Counted from the stretch's first letter, positions 40,010 through 50,730 are shown. The stretch is DNA of 64,000 nt from an uncultured Pelagibacteraceae bacterium (GCA_902518185.1 CABYFG010000004.1:30198-94197), one strand, 5' to 3'. The notes: generated from the letters alone by a model not told the origin. Translations and numbers: made by a program.

Positions 40010-40741
40010 GTGAAAAATCTATTTTTATTAATTCTAATTTTTCCATTAACGTCGTGCGGTAAAAGTGAATTAAACTGGTTAATCTTATCACCAAACAACA
40101 TAGAGGGGTTAACTAATCTAAAGTTTTTATTAAGTGGTTTAACAACTACTATCTACATTAGTATAGTCTCAATCATTATTTCTATTATTCTTGGCCTTTT
40201 AGTCGCTATTCCATCACTGGCTAAAAGTAAATTCTTAACCTACCTTAATATTGGCTATGTTGAGATTGTAAGAGCAATTCCTTTGCTAGTTTTAATTTTA
40301 TGGATTTACTATGGTCTTCCAATCATGACGGGTATAAGTTTTAGCCCATTCGTTTCTGGTATCATAGCGCTGTCAATTAGCGAAAGTGCTTTCCAAGCAG
40401 AAATATTTAGAGCAGGAATTAATTCAATAAAAAAATCTCAATGGGAAGCTGGAAGCTCTTTAGGATTAAGTTTTTTTAGAAAATTAAGATTAGTAATTCT
40501 ACCTCAAGCAATAAAGAATATTTTACCAGCTATTGGTAATCAATTTGTATATGTGCTTAAAATGTCCTCTCTTGTATCGATAATTGGTATTGGAGATCTG
40601 ACTAGAAAAGCAAACGAATTAGTTGTGACGACTTATCGGCCACTTGAAATATATACATTTCTAATTCTAGAGTATTTAGTCTTGATATTAATTGTTTCTT
40701 ATCTTGTAAGAAAATTAGAAAAAAAATTACAAAAAGATTAA
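40010..40741 (+). CDS. Amino-acid ABC transporter permease (HisM/GlnP type)
   Basis: YVEIVRAIPLLV, AFQAEIFRAGI, EAA loop, ILPQA, LKMSSLVS; GTG start. Confidence 0.92.
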   Translation: MKNLFLLILIFPLTSCGKSELNWLILSPNNIEGLTNLKFLLSGLTTTIYISIVSIIISIILGLLVAIPSLAKSKFLTYLNIGYVEIVRAIPLLVLILWIYYGLPIMTGISFSPFVSGIIALSISESAFQAEIFRAGINSIKKSQWEAGSSLGLSFFRKLRLVILPQAIKNILPAIGNQFVYVLKMSSLVSIIGIGDLTRKANELVVTTYRPLEIYTFLILEYLVLILIVSYLVRKLEKKLQKD

Positions 40742-41217
40742 TTTTTTCTTCTATAGTCCCAAGGATATTCAAAAGTCATTGCCCACATACCTTTTTTATT
40801 TTTTTTGGCATAATCCTCATCTGGAATGTATTTGGTTGAATATTTCCTGTAAGCAAAAGCATAACCCTCTCGAACAAGATACTTAGATAGACTTTGATTA
40901 TTTACAAAACATTCAGCTAAAATTCTCTTATATCTATCTACACCCTCCTTGACACATCTTACTTTGTTTTTACCTATCTTATTAATAAGTAATTGTTTGG
41001 CTTGAATTCCACATTTGATAACCTCATTATTCTTATTACAAATTTGTTTAATTTCAGGAGTATCAATGCCACTAAAACGAATTTTTTCATTTTTTAAATG
41101 AATAGTATCACCGTCTATAACCTTTATTTTACTAGAGTTTACATCAAGGTATGTGACAAAGAAAAATATTATACAAATACTAGTAAGTAAAAAGACTTTT
41201 ATTTTGTTTGAAAACAT
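40738..41217 (-). CDS. Thermonuclease (SNase) family protein with N-terminal signal/anchor
   Basis: VIDGDTI, IRFSGIDTPE, DRYKRILA, LVREGYA, AKKNKKGMW. Confidence 0.92.
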   Translation of the reverse strand: MFSNKIKVFLLTSICIIFFFVTYLDVNSSKIKVIDGDTIHLKNEKIRFSGIDTPEIKQICNKNNEVIKCGIQAKQLLINKIGKNKVRCVKEGVDRYKRILAECFVNNQSLSKYLVREGYAFAYRKYSTKYIPDEDYAKKNKKGMWAMTFEYPWDYRRKN

Positions 41218-42550
41218 TATTCAAAAAATACCCAATAAATATTAGAACTGCAATTCCCATAAACCAATTTGTTACTAAAATCGTATAAAAAATATCCTCA
41301 TAATCCCCTCCTTTAATATTAATTACATACCATAAACTTAAAAATGGAAGAGCAGTTAATCTTAGAATACTTAGATAAAGACTGTACAATGGTTTTTTCA
41401 CTGCTTGGAATACTGCAGTGGTTATAAAAAAAACAGGATAAATTGGGCCAATTAATGCAGCAACTTTTAGATATATCGCACCATGCTTTATTGCCTCTTG
41501 GTTATCAGTAAATAATGAAACTAAAAACTCTGCACCAAAAAAAATTATTATACCTGCACATATCATAAAAGATGATCCAAACATTAAAGCTTTTCTGTAT
41601 AATTCTCTCAATCTATCATAATTTTTTGCACCAAAATTTTGTCCCCCAATTGATAATACCGCTGTATTTAATCCAATTACAGGAAGTAGAAAAACTTGTT
41701 CAATTCTTAAAGCAGCACCATAACCAGCAGTAGCTAAATCTCCAAATTGACCAATGAAGTAAAGGATGTTGAACAAACCAACACCAATCAACAACATGCT
41801 AAACATCACAGGAATTGTCTGATACAAGAGTTCCCCAAGAAGATCAAATTTTGGAATAAAACACTCAGGCTTAAGATATTGTTTTAATTCACAACAATAA
41901 ACTTTATATGCTAAATACAAAAGACCAACAAACTGAGCCACTACAGTAGCTATTGCAAGTCCAGCTATACCAAATGCTGGAATAAAACCATAACCAAAAA
42001 TAAATAATGGATTTAGAATAATATTCAAAAAGAAACTAAAAATTAAAACGTTTCTGTAACTTTTTGTATCCCCTTGCGCATTTAGAGTTCCATTTAAGGA
42101 AATTTGTATCAAAACAATTATAGTTCCATAAAAAATTACATCTAGATATTTTCTAGTTAATATAATTGCCTCTTGGTCTGATCCCATAAGAGAAAGTAAA
42201 AAATCTGAAACATTCAAACCAAAAAAAGTAACCAGTATGGATAAAAAGATTGCAAAAATAATTGATTGAGCAACAAATAATGACGCCTTCTTTTTATCGT
42301 TAGCCCCTATATTATTTCCAATTAAAGTATTAGTTCCAGCAGTTAATCCAACACCTATTGCAATAATTGTAAAATAAATTGGAAAAGATTTTGCGATCGC
42401 TGCTATTGCTTCAGCAGATATTCTTCCTGCGAACCATGTGTCGACTAGATTGTAAAAGGTTTGAAATAATGAACCAACACTTGCTGGAATAGTAACTTTT
42501 CTCAATAAAAACCATATTGGATCTTTAGTTAATTTGAAAGATTGTGACAA
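41180..42550 (-). CDS. MATE family efflux transporter
   Basis: FQTFYNLVDTWFAG, GDTK, LNIILNPLFIFG, GLAIATV, GQNFGAKN; about 12 TM; TTG start. Confidence 0.93.
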   Translation of the reverse strand: MSQSFKLTKDPIWFLLRKVTIPASVGSLFQTFYNLVDTWFAGRISAEAIAAIAKSFPIYFTIIAIGVGLTAGTNTLIGNNIGANDKKKASLFVAQSIIFAIFLSILVTFFGLNVSDFLLSLMGSDQEAIILTRKYLDVIFYGTIIVLIQISLNGTLNAQGDTKSYRNVLIFSFFLNIILNPLFIFGYGFIPAFGIAGLAIATVVAQFVGLLYLAYKVYCCELKQYLKPECFIPKFDLLGELLYQTIPVMFSMLLIGVGLFNILYFIGQFGDLATAGYGAALRIEQVFLLPVIGLNTAVLSIGGQNFGAKNYDRLRELYRKALMFGSSFMICAGIIIFFGAEFLVSLFTDNQEAIKHGAIYLKVAALIGPIYPVFFITTAVFQAVKKPLYSLYLSILRLTALPFLSLWYVINIKGGDYEDIFYTILVTNWFMGIAVLIFIGYFLNNVFKQNKSLFTY

Positions 42551-42558
42551 ATAAATCC

Positions 42559-43467
42559 TTAGTTAAATTCTTTTTGAAAATTATATTTTTTTCCTGATAG
42601 CTTTGCCTTGTATATCTGACTTTGTCTCATTCTAAAACGAAATTTTTGGTTTTTTGAGAGTTTATCAAAACAATTAGGACAAGTTACACCCTCCTCATAT
42701 TTTTTAGATTTTTTATCTTTAATCGAGATTGGTTGTCTACATCCACCACAAATTGAATAGGTTCCTTGTACTAATCCGTGTTTTAAACTTACTCTGTTAT
42801 CGAATACAAAACACTCGCCTTTCCATAAACTTTTTTTTAGTTTAATTTTTTTTAAGTAATTCAAAATTCCACCCTTTAATTGATAAATATTTTTAAAACC
42901 TTTTCTCTCTAAAAATACAGAGGCTTTTTCACACCTAATTCCACCAGTGCAAAACATTGCTATTGGCTGATCTTTTTTTAACTTTTTTAAGTATTTCGGG
43001 AAATCTCTAAAGTTACTTATATTTGGATTTACTGATTTTTTAAAAGAACCAACTTTATGTTCAAAAGGTTTTCTTGCATCTAATAAAAGAGTTTCTTTTT
43101 TTTTAATTAATTCATTCCATTTTGTTGGATCAATATGAGTACTCTTTTTTGCGATCCTATTCGACATTTTGAGATCCATTGGAACAACTTCTCTTTTAAT
43201 TTTCACTTTAGGTTTATGAAAAGGTTTAAATTTACTTATTGAATTATTGAAACTATCAAATTCTTTAATATTCAAAATTTTTTTTAATCTAATAATTGTG
43301 GTTTTAATATCTTTATTCATTCCAGAAATAGATCCATTTAAACCTTCTTTGGATATGATAATTGATCCATTTATATTTTTATTAATTAAAAGATTATTTA
43401 ATATTTTTTGATTTTTTTTTAAATCATTTATTTTTTGAAATTTATAAAAACCAAATACAGCGAACAT
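42559..43467 (-). CDS. trhO: Rhodanese-domain tRNA uridine(34) hydroxylase (TrhO/YceA family)
   Basis: EGLNGSISG, KVKIKREVV, MFCTGGIRCEKAS, LKGGILNY, GECFVFDNR. Confidence 0.9.
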   Translation of the reverse strand: MFAVFGFYKFQKINDLKKNQKILNNLLINKNINGSIIISKEGLNGSISGMNKDIKTTIIRLKKILNIKEFDSFNNSISKFKPFHKPKVKIKREVVPMDLKMSNRIAKKSTHIDPTKWNELIKKKETLLLDARKPFEHKVGSFKKSVNPNISNFRDFPKYLKKLKKDQPIAMFCTGGIRCEKASVFLERKGFKNIYQLKGGILNYLKKIKLKKSLWKGECFVFDNRVSLKHGLVQGTYSICGGCRQPISIKDKKSKKYEEGVTCPNCFDKLSKNQKFRFRMRQSQIYKAKLSGKKYNFQKEFN

Positions 43468-44117
43468 TAAATCTTCCTACAAACAGTCATTCCGTCACCA
43501 AAAGGTACCATAACCTTTTCAATTCTTGTATCCTTAGAGATAAAATCATTCAAATCTCTAATATTTTTTGTAATTTTGTCATTTATATCTTTGTTAACAA
43601 CTTCCCCATGCCATAATACATTATCGATTATCACTAAACCCTCTTTATTCAATAAATCTAAAGAAATTTCATAATATTTTTTATAATTCATTTTATCTGC
43701 ATCAATAAAAACTAAGTCAAATTTTTCATTTCTAATACTCATTAAAGTTTCTAATGCTGGTTTAATCATTGTTTTAATCTTATGATCTTGATTGGCCTTT
43801 TTAAAAAAGCTTTGTGCAACTTTGGTAGTTTCCACATTTTTATCTAATGCAATTATACTGCCTTCATCTGGTAAGGCTAATGCCATGGATAATGTACTTA
43901 AACCTGTAAAAGTTCCTATCTCCAGGACTTTTTTAATTTTAGAAACTTTAATAATCAGATGTAGAAATTGACATTGAGAAATAGATATTTGCATTCTTTT
44001 TGAATCACCAAGTGATAGGTTGAAATCTATTATTTCTTTTTGAATTGGATGTAATTTCAAACCATTCTTTAGAATATAATCTTGTAAATGTTTTGTGATG
44101 TTAAGGTCTGAACCCAT
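43467..44117 (-). CDS. Class I O-methyltransferase (caffeoyl-CoA/COMT-like)
   Basis: LEIGTFTGLS, FDLVFIDADKMNY, IDNVLWHG, GDGM. Confidence 0.92.
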   Translation of the reverse strand: MGSDLNITKHLQDYILKNGLKLHPIQKEIIDFNLSLGDSKRMQISISQCQFLHLIIKVSKIKKVLEIGTFTGLSTLSMALALPDEGSIIALDKNVETTKVAQSFFKKANQDHKIKTMIKPALETLMSIRNEKFDLVFIDADKMNYKKYYEISLDLLNKEGLVIIDNVLWHGEVVNKDINDKITKNIRDLNDFISKDTRIEKVMVPFGDGMTVCRKI

Positions 44118-44121
44118 AACC

Positions 44122-45597
44122 TTATAATTTTTTCTTTAAGATCTCATTTATTAATTGAGGGTTAGCTTTTCCGCCTGATGCCTTCATTGCTTGACCAACA
44201 AAAAAACCAAATAATTTTTCTTTACCTTGTTTATATTCAATGGCTTTTTCTCTATTGTCATTAATTATTTTATCAATTAATGCCTCTAAAGCTTTTGGAT
44301 CACTTTGTTGTTTTAATCCTTTTTCCTCCACAATCTTTTGAGGATCTTTATCACCATCTATCATCAATTCAAAAACATTTTTTGCTATCTTTCCTGAGAT
44401 AGTTCCATTCTTGATAAGATTTATCAAAATAGCGAAATTCTTAGCACTCACTGGACTTTGAGAAATTTCTAAACCTTTGCTATTTAAAACAGCAAATAGT
44501 TCTCCTGTAATCCAATTGACTGCTAACTTAATATCTTTGTTTTTACCCATTTTAGCTACAACCTCTTCAAAGTATTTTGCAGTATCAATATCAGACACTA
44601 AAATATTGGCTTCATAAGAAGACAATTTAAACTCTTTAATAAATCTTTTCATTTTATCATCTGGAAGTTCTGGAATATCATTTTTAAGTTCTTCAATAAA
44701 TTTTTCCGAAACCTCCAAAGGTAATAAATCAGGGTCCGGAAAATATCTATAATCATGAGCGTCTTCTTTTGATCTCATTGACCTTGTCTCATTTTTCTTC
44801 GTATCAAAAAGCCTTGTTTCTTGATCAATAGTTTTGCCCTCTTCTATTAAATCAACTTGCCTATTAGCCTCATATTCTATCGCCATTTGCATAAACTTTA
44901 TTGAATTAACATTTTTAATTTCACATCGAGTACCGAATTCTTTTGAGCCTTTTGGTCTTACAGAAACGTTCACATCAGCTCTTAAAGAGCCCTCTTGCAT
45001 ATTTCCATCACAAGTTCCTAAATATCTCATTATAGATCGTAGTTTTTTGATGTATGCATTAACCTCATCTGGGGATCTTAGATCAGGTTTGCTCACTATT
45101 TCCATTAAAGCTACCCCTGATCTGTTTAAATCAACAAAGGTATTTTGTGGGTCAAGATCGTGAATACTTTTTCCAGCATCTTGTTCTAGATGTAATCTTT
45201 CTATACCAACTTCTTTTTGACCATTAGGCATATCCAAAAAAACTTTGCCTTCACCCACTATTGGATCTTTAAATTGTGAAATTTGATATCCTTGAGGCAA
45301 ATCAGCATAAAAATAATTTTTTCTATCAAATACTGAGCGTTTATTAATTTTTGCGTTAAGGCCAATGCCAGTTTTAATTGCTTGTTTGACACAAAATTCA
45401 TTTATTACTGGTAACATTCCTGGAAATGCAGCATCAACTAAACTAACCTGTGTATTAGGTTCTGCTCCAAATTTAGTTGCTGAATTAGAGAATAATTTTG
45501 ACTGAGATAAGACTTGAGCATGAACTTCTAAACCAATTACAACCTCATACTGATTATCTTTTCGATTAATTAAGTACTCTAAATTTTTTTTACTCAT
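44122..45597 (-). CDS. gatB: Asp/Glu-tRNA amidotransferase subunit B
   Basis: [36 protein letters not shown]; start at ATG 45597 (ATGA overlap with gatA). Confidence 0.98.
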   Translation of the reverse strand: MSKKNLEYLINRKDNQYEVVIGLEVHAQVLSQSKLFSNSATKFGAEPNTQVSLVDAAFPGMLPVINEFCVKQAIKTGIGLNAKINKRSVFDRKNYFYADLPQGYQISQFKDPIVGEGKVFLDMPNGQKEVGIERLHLEQDAGKSIHDLDPQNTFVDLNRSGVALMEIVSKPDLRSPDEVNAYIKKLRSIMRYLGTCDGNMQEGSLRADVNVSVRPKGSKEFGTRCEIKNVNSIKFMQMAIEYEANRQVDLIEEGKTIDQETRLFDTKKNETRSMRSKEDAHDYRYFPDPDLLPLEVSEKFIEELKNDIPELPDDKMKRFIKEFKLSSYEANILVSDIDTAKYFEEVVAKMGKNKDIKLAVNWITGELFAVLNSKGLEISQSPVSAKNFAILINLIKNGTISGKIAKNVFELMIDGDKDPQKIVEEKGLKQQSDPKALEALIDKIINDNREKAIEYKQGKEKLFGFFVGQAMKASGGKANPQLINEILKKKL

Positions 45598-47051
45598 TTT
45601 ATCCACCAATCAGTAATTTTATTCTTAAAATTAATCTTTTCTTCCATAGCATAAGCTATATTCAATATATTTTGTTCATCAAAAGCTTTTCCAATAATTT
45701 GCAACCCTAAAGGATAACCTTTTGAGTCATGCCCAGCAGGTATTGAGATACCTGGAAGTCCAGCTAAGTTTACAGGAACTGTAAATATATCATTAAGATA
45801 CATTGAAACTGGATCATTTGTTTTTTCACCCATTTTAAATGCTGAGCTAGGTGTTGATGGAGTTAAAATTGCATCGACTTTTTTATAAGCCTCATCAAAA
45901 TCATTTTTAATAAGTTTTCTTACTTTTTGAGCTTTAAGATAATATGCGTCGTAATACCCAGAAGATAAAACATAAGTTCCAATCATAATTCTTCTTTGAA
46001 CTTCAGCTCCAAAACCTTCTGATCTAGTTTTTTCGTACATATCAATTAAATTTTCACCTTTAGCTCTAAATCCATACTTAACACCATCATATCTTGCTAA
46101 GTTTGATGATGCCTCTGCTGGAGCAACTATATAATATGTTGGTAAGGCATAACTTGTATTTGGCAGAGAAATATCAATTGTTTCAGCACCACAATCTTTA
46201 ATATATTGAGTACCTCTTTGCCAAAGATCTTCAATTTCTTTTGGCATACCATCGACTCTATATTCTTTTGGTATTCCAATTTTTTTTCCTTTTATGTTAT
46301 TTGTAAGTTCTTTACTGTAATGACCTCTTTTAAAATCTATTGAAGTAGAGTCTTTAGGATCATAGGAGCTAATTACCTCATGTAATAAAGCACAATCCTT
46401 GACATTTTGTGCCATTGGTCCTGCTTGATCTAATGATGAAGCAAAAGCAACTATTCCATATCTTGAGCAACTTCCGTATGTAGGTTTCAATCCAACGATT
46501 CCAGTGAAAGAAGCTGGTTGTCTAATTGATCCACCAGTATCAGTACCAATCGTAACAGGAGTCAATTGCCCAGCCACCGCTGAGGCTGAACCACCAGACG
46601 ATCCACCCGGAACTAAATTTTTATCAATAGGACTTTGCACATTACCAAAAAAACTTGTTTCATTTGATGAACCCATTGCAAACTCATCACAGTTTAGCTT
46701 ACCTAGAAGTATTGCACCTTCATTCCAAATATTTTCAGTTACTGTTGATTCATAAGTTGGTACAAAGTTATTTAAAATCTTACTACCAGCAGTTGTTTTA
46801 ATATTTTTCGTGCAAAATAAATCCTTAACTGCCATTGGAATTCCAGGCAGTTTTAAATTAAAATTAGGTTTTTGATCAAATTTTTTTGCTTTATCTAAAG
46901 CCGATGTAAAGTCATTTGTAATATAAGCGTTCAATTCTTCAGATTTTTCAGATCTATCAATAAATGCTTTGGTCACGTCTGTTGAAGAAAGTTTTTTATT
47001 TTTAATATTTTCAACCAATTCTGTAAGGGATTGTTTTATAATATCTGACAT
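45594..47051 (-). CDS. gatA: Asp/Glu-tRNA amidotransferase subunit A
   Basis: Amidase signature [28 protein letters not shown]. Confidence 0.98.
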   Translation of the reverse strand: MSDIIKQSLTELVENIKNKKLSSTDVTKAFIDRSEKSEELNAYITNDFTSALDKAKKFDQKPNFNLKLPGIPMAVKDLFCTKNIKTTAGSKILNNFVPTYESTVTENIWNEGAILLGKLNCDEFAMGSSNETSFFGNVQSPIDKNLVPGGSSGGSASAVAGQLTPVTIGTDTGGSIRQPASFTGIVGLKPTYGSCSRYGIVAFASSLDQAGPMAQNVKDCALLHEVISSYDPKDSTSIDFKRGHYSKELTNNIKGKKIGIPKEYRVDGMPKEIEDLWQRGTQYIKDCGAETIDISLPNTSYALPTYYIVAPAEASSNLARYDGVKYGFRAKGENLIDMYEKTRSEGFGAEVQRRIMIGTYVLSSGYYDAYYLKAQKVRKLIKNDFDEAYKKVDAILTPSTPSSAFKMGEKTNDPVSMYLNDIFTVPVNLAGLPGISIPAGHDSKGYPLGLQIIGKAFDEQNILNIAYAMEEKINFKNKITDWWIK

Positions 47052-47338
47052 TACTCAATCACCTTGGGTACTACAAAATAGTCTTCATTATCTTGAGGAG
47101 AATTTTTAATAATTTGTTCTCTGATATTTTTACTTTTTACCTCATCAGATCTTAATTTTAATGTTGTTTCTGCAATAGAAGTTAATGGTTCTACATTGTC
47201 AGTTTTTAATTTATTAAGTTTTTCAATAAAATCAAAAATAGAATTTAAATCACCAGCTAATTTTTCAGCGCTTTGCTCGTCAACTGAAATTCTTGCCAAT
47301 TTAGATATATGTTTTATTGTTTTAAGATCTATACTCAT
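47051..47338 (-). CDS. gatC: Asp/Glu-tRNA amidotransferase subunit C
   Basis: HISKLARI, VEPLTS, YFVVPKVIE. Confidence 0.96.
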   Translation of the reverse strand: MSIDLKTIKHISKLARISVDEQSAEKLAGDLNSIFDFIEKLNKLKTDNVEPLTSIAETTLKLRSDEVKSKNIREQIIKNSPQDNEDYFVVPKVIE

Positions 47339-47388
47339 ATGCTATTTAAATATGAGGCAAAGTATCACTTAAGTTTAAAATATACAAT

Positions 47389-47844
47389 ATGATCACTTTA
47401 GAGGAATTTAAAAAAAAACACTCAGATAAGTGTAGATTGATAGGTTTAGACCTTGGATCTAAAAGAATTGGTGTGTCAATCTGTGATGACAAACAATCGA
47501 TAGCCACTCCGCTTAAGACAATAAGTAGGAATTCACTTAAAGATCTTGTTGATGAACTAAAATTAATTATTAATGAAAATGATATAAAAGGAATCATTGT
47601 TGGAAATCCTTTAAATATGGATGGATCCTCAGGTAGGTCAGCTCAATCAGTAAAAGATACGATTGAAAATATTGAAAAAAACTTAGATATTACAATTTGT
47701 CTCTGGGACGAGAGACTCTCAACTGTTGGTGCTTTTAATCTCTCTAGCCAATTAGATATTAATGTGAGTAAAAGAGAAAAAAAGATAGATGAAAACGCTG
47801 CTGCTTTTATATTACAAGGAGCTTTAGATTTTTTAAATAATTAA
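47389..47844 (+). CDS. ruvX: YqgF/RuvX family RNase H-like nuclease
   Basis: GLDLGSKRIGVS, GNPLNMDG, WDERLST, IDENAAAFILQG. Confidence 0.94.
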   Translation: MITLEEFKKKHSDKCRLIGLDLGSKRIGVSICDDKQSIATPLKTISRNSLKDLVDELKLIINENDIKGIIVGNPLNMDGSSGRSAQSVKDTIENIEKNLDITICLWDERLSTVGAFNLSSQLDINVSKREKKIDENAAAFILQGALDFLNN

Positions 47845-47886
47845 TACTTGCTATTATAGAGGTTTATAGTTATAGAGTTGGTTTTA

Positions 47887-48828
47887 ATGGCAATTAAAAC
47901 AAATCAAGCTATTAAAATATCTCAAAAACACCTATTAGGTATTCAAGATTTATCAATTAATGATGTTAACTTAATACTTGATGAAGCAAATTCATTTATC
48001 AAAGTAAATCAAAGTAAAAATAAAAAAGTTGATGTTTTAAGAGGAAAAACTCAAATTAATTTATTTTTTGAACCTTCCACTAGAACTCAGAGCTCTTTTG
48101 AATTAGCTGGTAAAAGACTTGGGGCTGATGTTATGTCAATGAATATTAGTAACTCAGCAATTAAAAAAGGTGAAACATTGATAGATACAGCAATGACACT
48201 TAATGCAATGCATCCTGATATCATTGTAATTAGACATCAAGACTCTGGAGCATGTAATCTACTTTCACAAAAAGTAAACTGTGCAGTTCTTAATGCTGGT
48301 GATGGAAGAAGAGAGCACCCTACTCAGGCTTTATTAGATGCACTAACAATTATTACTCGTAAAAAAAAAATACAAGGATTAAAAATAGCAATTTGTGGGG
48401 ATATACTTCATTCAAGAGTTGCTAGATCAAATATTTATTTACTTACTATGTTAGGAGCAGAAGTGAATATAATTGCACCAACAAATCTTATGCCAAAAGA
48501 AATTGAAAAATTTGGTGTTAATATTTTTACAAATATGAAAAAAGGATTGAAAGATTGTGATATTGTTATGATGTTGAGATTACAAAATGAGCGAATGACA
48601 AGTTCATATCTTTCATCTAATAGAGAATATTATGAATATTACGGATTAACTCCAGATAAATTAGAACATGCAAAATCGGATGCTTTAATTATGCATCCTG
48701 GTCCCATGAACAGAGGTATAGAAATAGATACAATGCTAGCAGATGATATCAACAAAAGTGTAATTAAAGAGCAAGTTGAATTAGGTGTCGCCGTGAGGAT
48801 GGCTTGTCTTAAAATCTTTTGTACATAA
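47887..48828 (+). CDS. pyrB: Aspartate carbamoyltransferase catalytic subunit
   Basis: [29 protein letters not shown]; ATG 47887 preceded by TTGCTA-N17-TATAGA. Confidence 0.97.
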   Translation: MAIKTNQAIKISQKHLLGIQDLSINDVNLILDEANSFIKVNQSKNKKVDVLRGKTQINLFFEPSTRTQSSFELAGKRLGADVMSMNISNSAIKKGETLIDTAMTLNAMHPDIIVIRHQDSGACNLLSQKVNCAVLNAGDGRREHPTQALLDALTIITRKKKIQGLKIAICGDILHSRVARSNIYLLTMLGAEVNIIAPTNLMPKEIEKFGVNIFTNMKKGLKDCDIVMMLRLQNERMTSSYLSSNREYYEYYGLTPDKLEHAKSDALIMHPGPMNRGIEIDTMLADDINKSVIKEQVELGVAVRMACLKIFCT

Positions 48829-50114
48829 TGAAAAAACAATATTTTATAAACGCAAATATAATTGATCCTTATAACTCCATGAATGAGAATGGGGGTCTGA
48901 TTATAAGTGAAGATGGAAAAATTGAAGCTATAGGAAAAAAAGTAAACATTAATAATTTACCGAGTAGAGAGAAGCCAATTGATTTAAAAGGTAAGTATAT
49001 TTTCCCTGGATTAGTCGATATGCGAGTTTTTGTTGGTGAGCCGGGCTATGAGTACAAAGAAAATTTTAGGACTCTAAGTAACGCGGCACTCTCAGGTGGC
49101 GTTACTTCCGTTGTAACAATGCCTAATACAGATCCAGTTATTGATAACGTTTCCATAGTCGACTTTCTAAAAAGAAGAGGAAGAGATAAATCAAAGATAA
49201 ATATTTTTCCATGTGCCTCCTTAACTAAAAATACTGAAGGTACAAATATGACTGAATTTGGTTTGTTACAAAATAAAGGAATAATTGCATTCACAGATGG
49301 CGTTAAAACAATTCAAAACCCAAGACTGATGTCTAGAATAATGAACTCTGCTAAAGATTTGGGCAGTTTAATAATGCAGCATGCTGAAGATTACGAACTG
49401 GCAAAAAATGGCATGATTAACTCTGGAATAATTGCTTCAAAATTAGGTCTATCTGGTATACCTGAAATTGCTGAGCGTATTCTGATCGAGAGAGATTTAA
49501 CATTACTGGAAAAGGTTAAATGTAGATATCATATCTCTCAATTATCATCACAAAAATCTGTCGAAATAATTGAGTCAAGAAAGGAAATAGTAAAATTCAC
49601 ATGTGGTGTTTCGATTAATAACTTATCTTTAAATGAAAACGACATTGGAGATTTCAAAACATTTTTGAAATTATCTCCACCATTAAGAAGAGAAGAAGAT
49701 AGACTATCTTTAGTGCAGGGTTTAAAGGACGATTTAATTGATGTAATAGTTTCAGATCACAAACCTGAAGATGAAGAGTCAAAAAGATTAACATTTGCTC
49801 AAGCAGCAACAGGTGCGTCAGGGATAGAAACTCTGCTATCTTTAAGTTTAGAATTATATCACAACGGATCACTTAAATTAGAGACAATAATTAAAGCATT
49901 AACGTCAAACCCTGCCAAAATATTAAAAATAAATAAAGGGAATCTATCTATTGGTAATAATGCAGATCTTTGTATAGTAGATATAGACAAACCTTGGATT
50001 GTAAAAAAAGATAAGCTTATCTCAAAATCAAAAAATACATCTATTGAAGATAAAAAACTTCAAGGCAAAGTCACTAATACATTTGTAAACGGTAAAGAAT
50101 TATTTAAGCTATAG
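48828..50114 (+). CDS. pyrC: Dihydroorotase-like protein, probably the inactive PyrC' scaffold subunit
   Basis: DHOase fold (GGVTSVVTMPNT, PPLR, SDHKP) but the HxH motif reads DMRVF; TAATG coupling to pyrB. Confidence 0.88.
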   Translation: MKKQYFINANIIDPYNSMNENGGLIISEDGKIEAIGKKVNINNLPSREKPIDLKGKYIFPGLVDMRVFVGEPGYEYKENFRTLSNAALSGGVTSVVTMPNTDPVIDNVSIVDFLKRRGRDKSKINIFPCASLTKNTEGTNMTEFGLLQNKGIIAFTDGVKTIQNPRLMSRIMNSAKDLGSLIMQHAEDYELAKNGMINSGIIASKLGLSGIPEIAERILIERDLTLLEKVKCRYHISQLSSQKSVEIIESRKEIVKFTCGVSINNLSLNENDIGDFKTFLKLSPPLRREEDRLSLVQGLKDDLIDVIVSDHKPEDEESKRLTFAQAATGASGIETLLSLSLELYHNGSLKLETIIKALTSNPAKILKINKGNLSIGNNADLCIVDIDKPWIVKKDKLISKSKNTSIEDKKLQGKVTNTFVNGKELFKL

Positions 50115-50115
50115 C

Positions 50116-50694
50116 ATGGATATTTTAGTCATAGGTATAATTTCATATTTAATGGGTTCAATTCCATTTGGATTAATAATAACAAAAATTTTTTTGAAAA
50201 AAGATATAAGAGATATTGGATCTGGAAATATCGGAGCCACAAATGTACTTAGAGCTGGTAACAAGACATTTGGTTACATCACTTTATCTCTTGACATTTT
50301 AAAAGCTGTTATCCCTGTAATATTTGTTAAAATTTATCACACAGATTTCTTATATTTGGCATCATTATGTGCATTTATAGGTCATGTATTTCCTGTATGG
50401 CTCAAATTTAAAGGAGGGAAAGGCGTTGCAACATACGTAGGTATTCTATTTGCTATAAATATTTATTTTGGAATTATCTTTGCTTTATCTTGGTTCGTAA
50501 TTTTTGCTATAACAAAATTTTCATCTTTATCTTCATTGATTGCTTCTGTATCAGTTCCTGTTTATTTGCTAGTCACAGGTCAATTTAAAGATATATTTTT
50601 TTTTATAATCATGTTTGTATTAATAATTTTTACCCATCGAGAAAATATTAAAAGATTGAAAAATAAAGAAGAAACTAAGACAAAAATTTATTAG
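50116..50694 (+). CDS. plsY: Glycerol-3-phosphate acyltransferase PlsY
   Basis: YLMGSIPFG, GSGNIGATN, GHVFP...FKGGKGVAT, HRENIKRL. Confidence 0.97.
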   Translation: MDILVIGIISYLMGSIPFGLIITKIFLKKDIRDIGSGNIGATNVLRAGNKTFGYITLSLDILKAVIPVIFVKIYHTDFLYLASLCAFIGHVFPVWLKFKGGKGVATYVGILFAINIYFGIIFALSWFVIFAITKFSSLSSLIASVSVPVYLLVTGQFKDIFFFIIMFVLIIFTHRENIKRLKNKEETKTKIY

Positions 50695-50695
50695 T

Positions 50696-50723
50696 TTGAC
50701 TATCTAACTCTTTTAGGTAGTTT
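50696..50723 (+). promoter_or_regulatory. Putative leaderless promoter of topA (TTGACT-N16-TAGTTT-N7-ATG)
   Basis: -35 at 50696-50701, -10 at 50718-50723, ATG at 50731, no SD in between. Confidence 0.6.
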
Positions 50724-50730
50724 GTCTTTT

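Noticed and set aside
33919-41217. tRNA-anchored genomic island carrying soxBDAG
   Set aside because: No integrase, no duplicated tRNA 3' end seen, the cluster lies on the 5' side of the tRNA, and composition looks like the host
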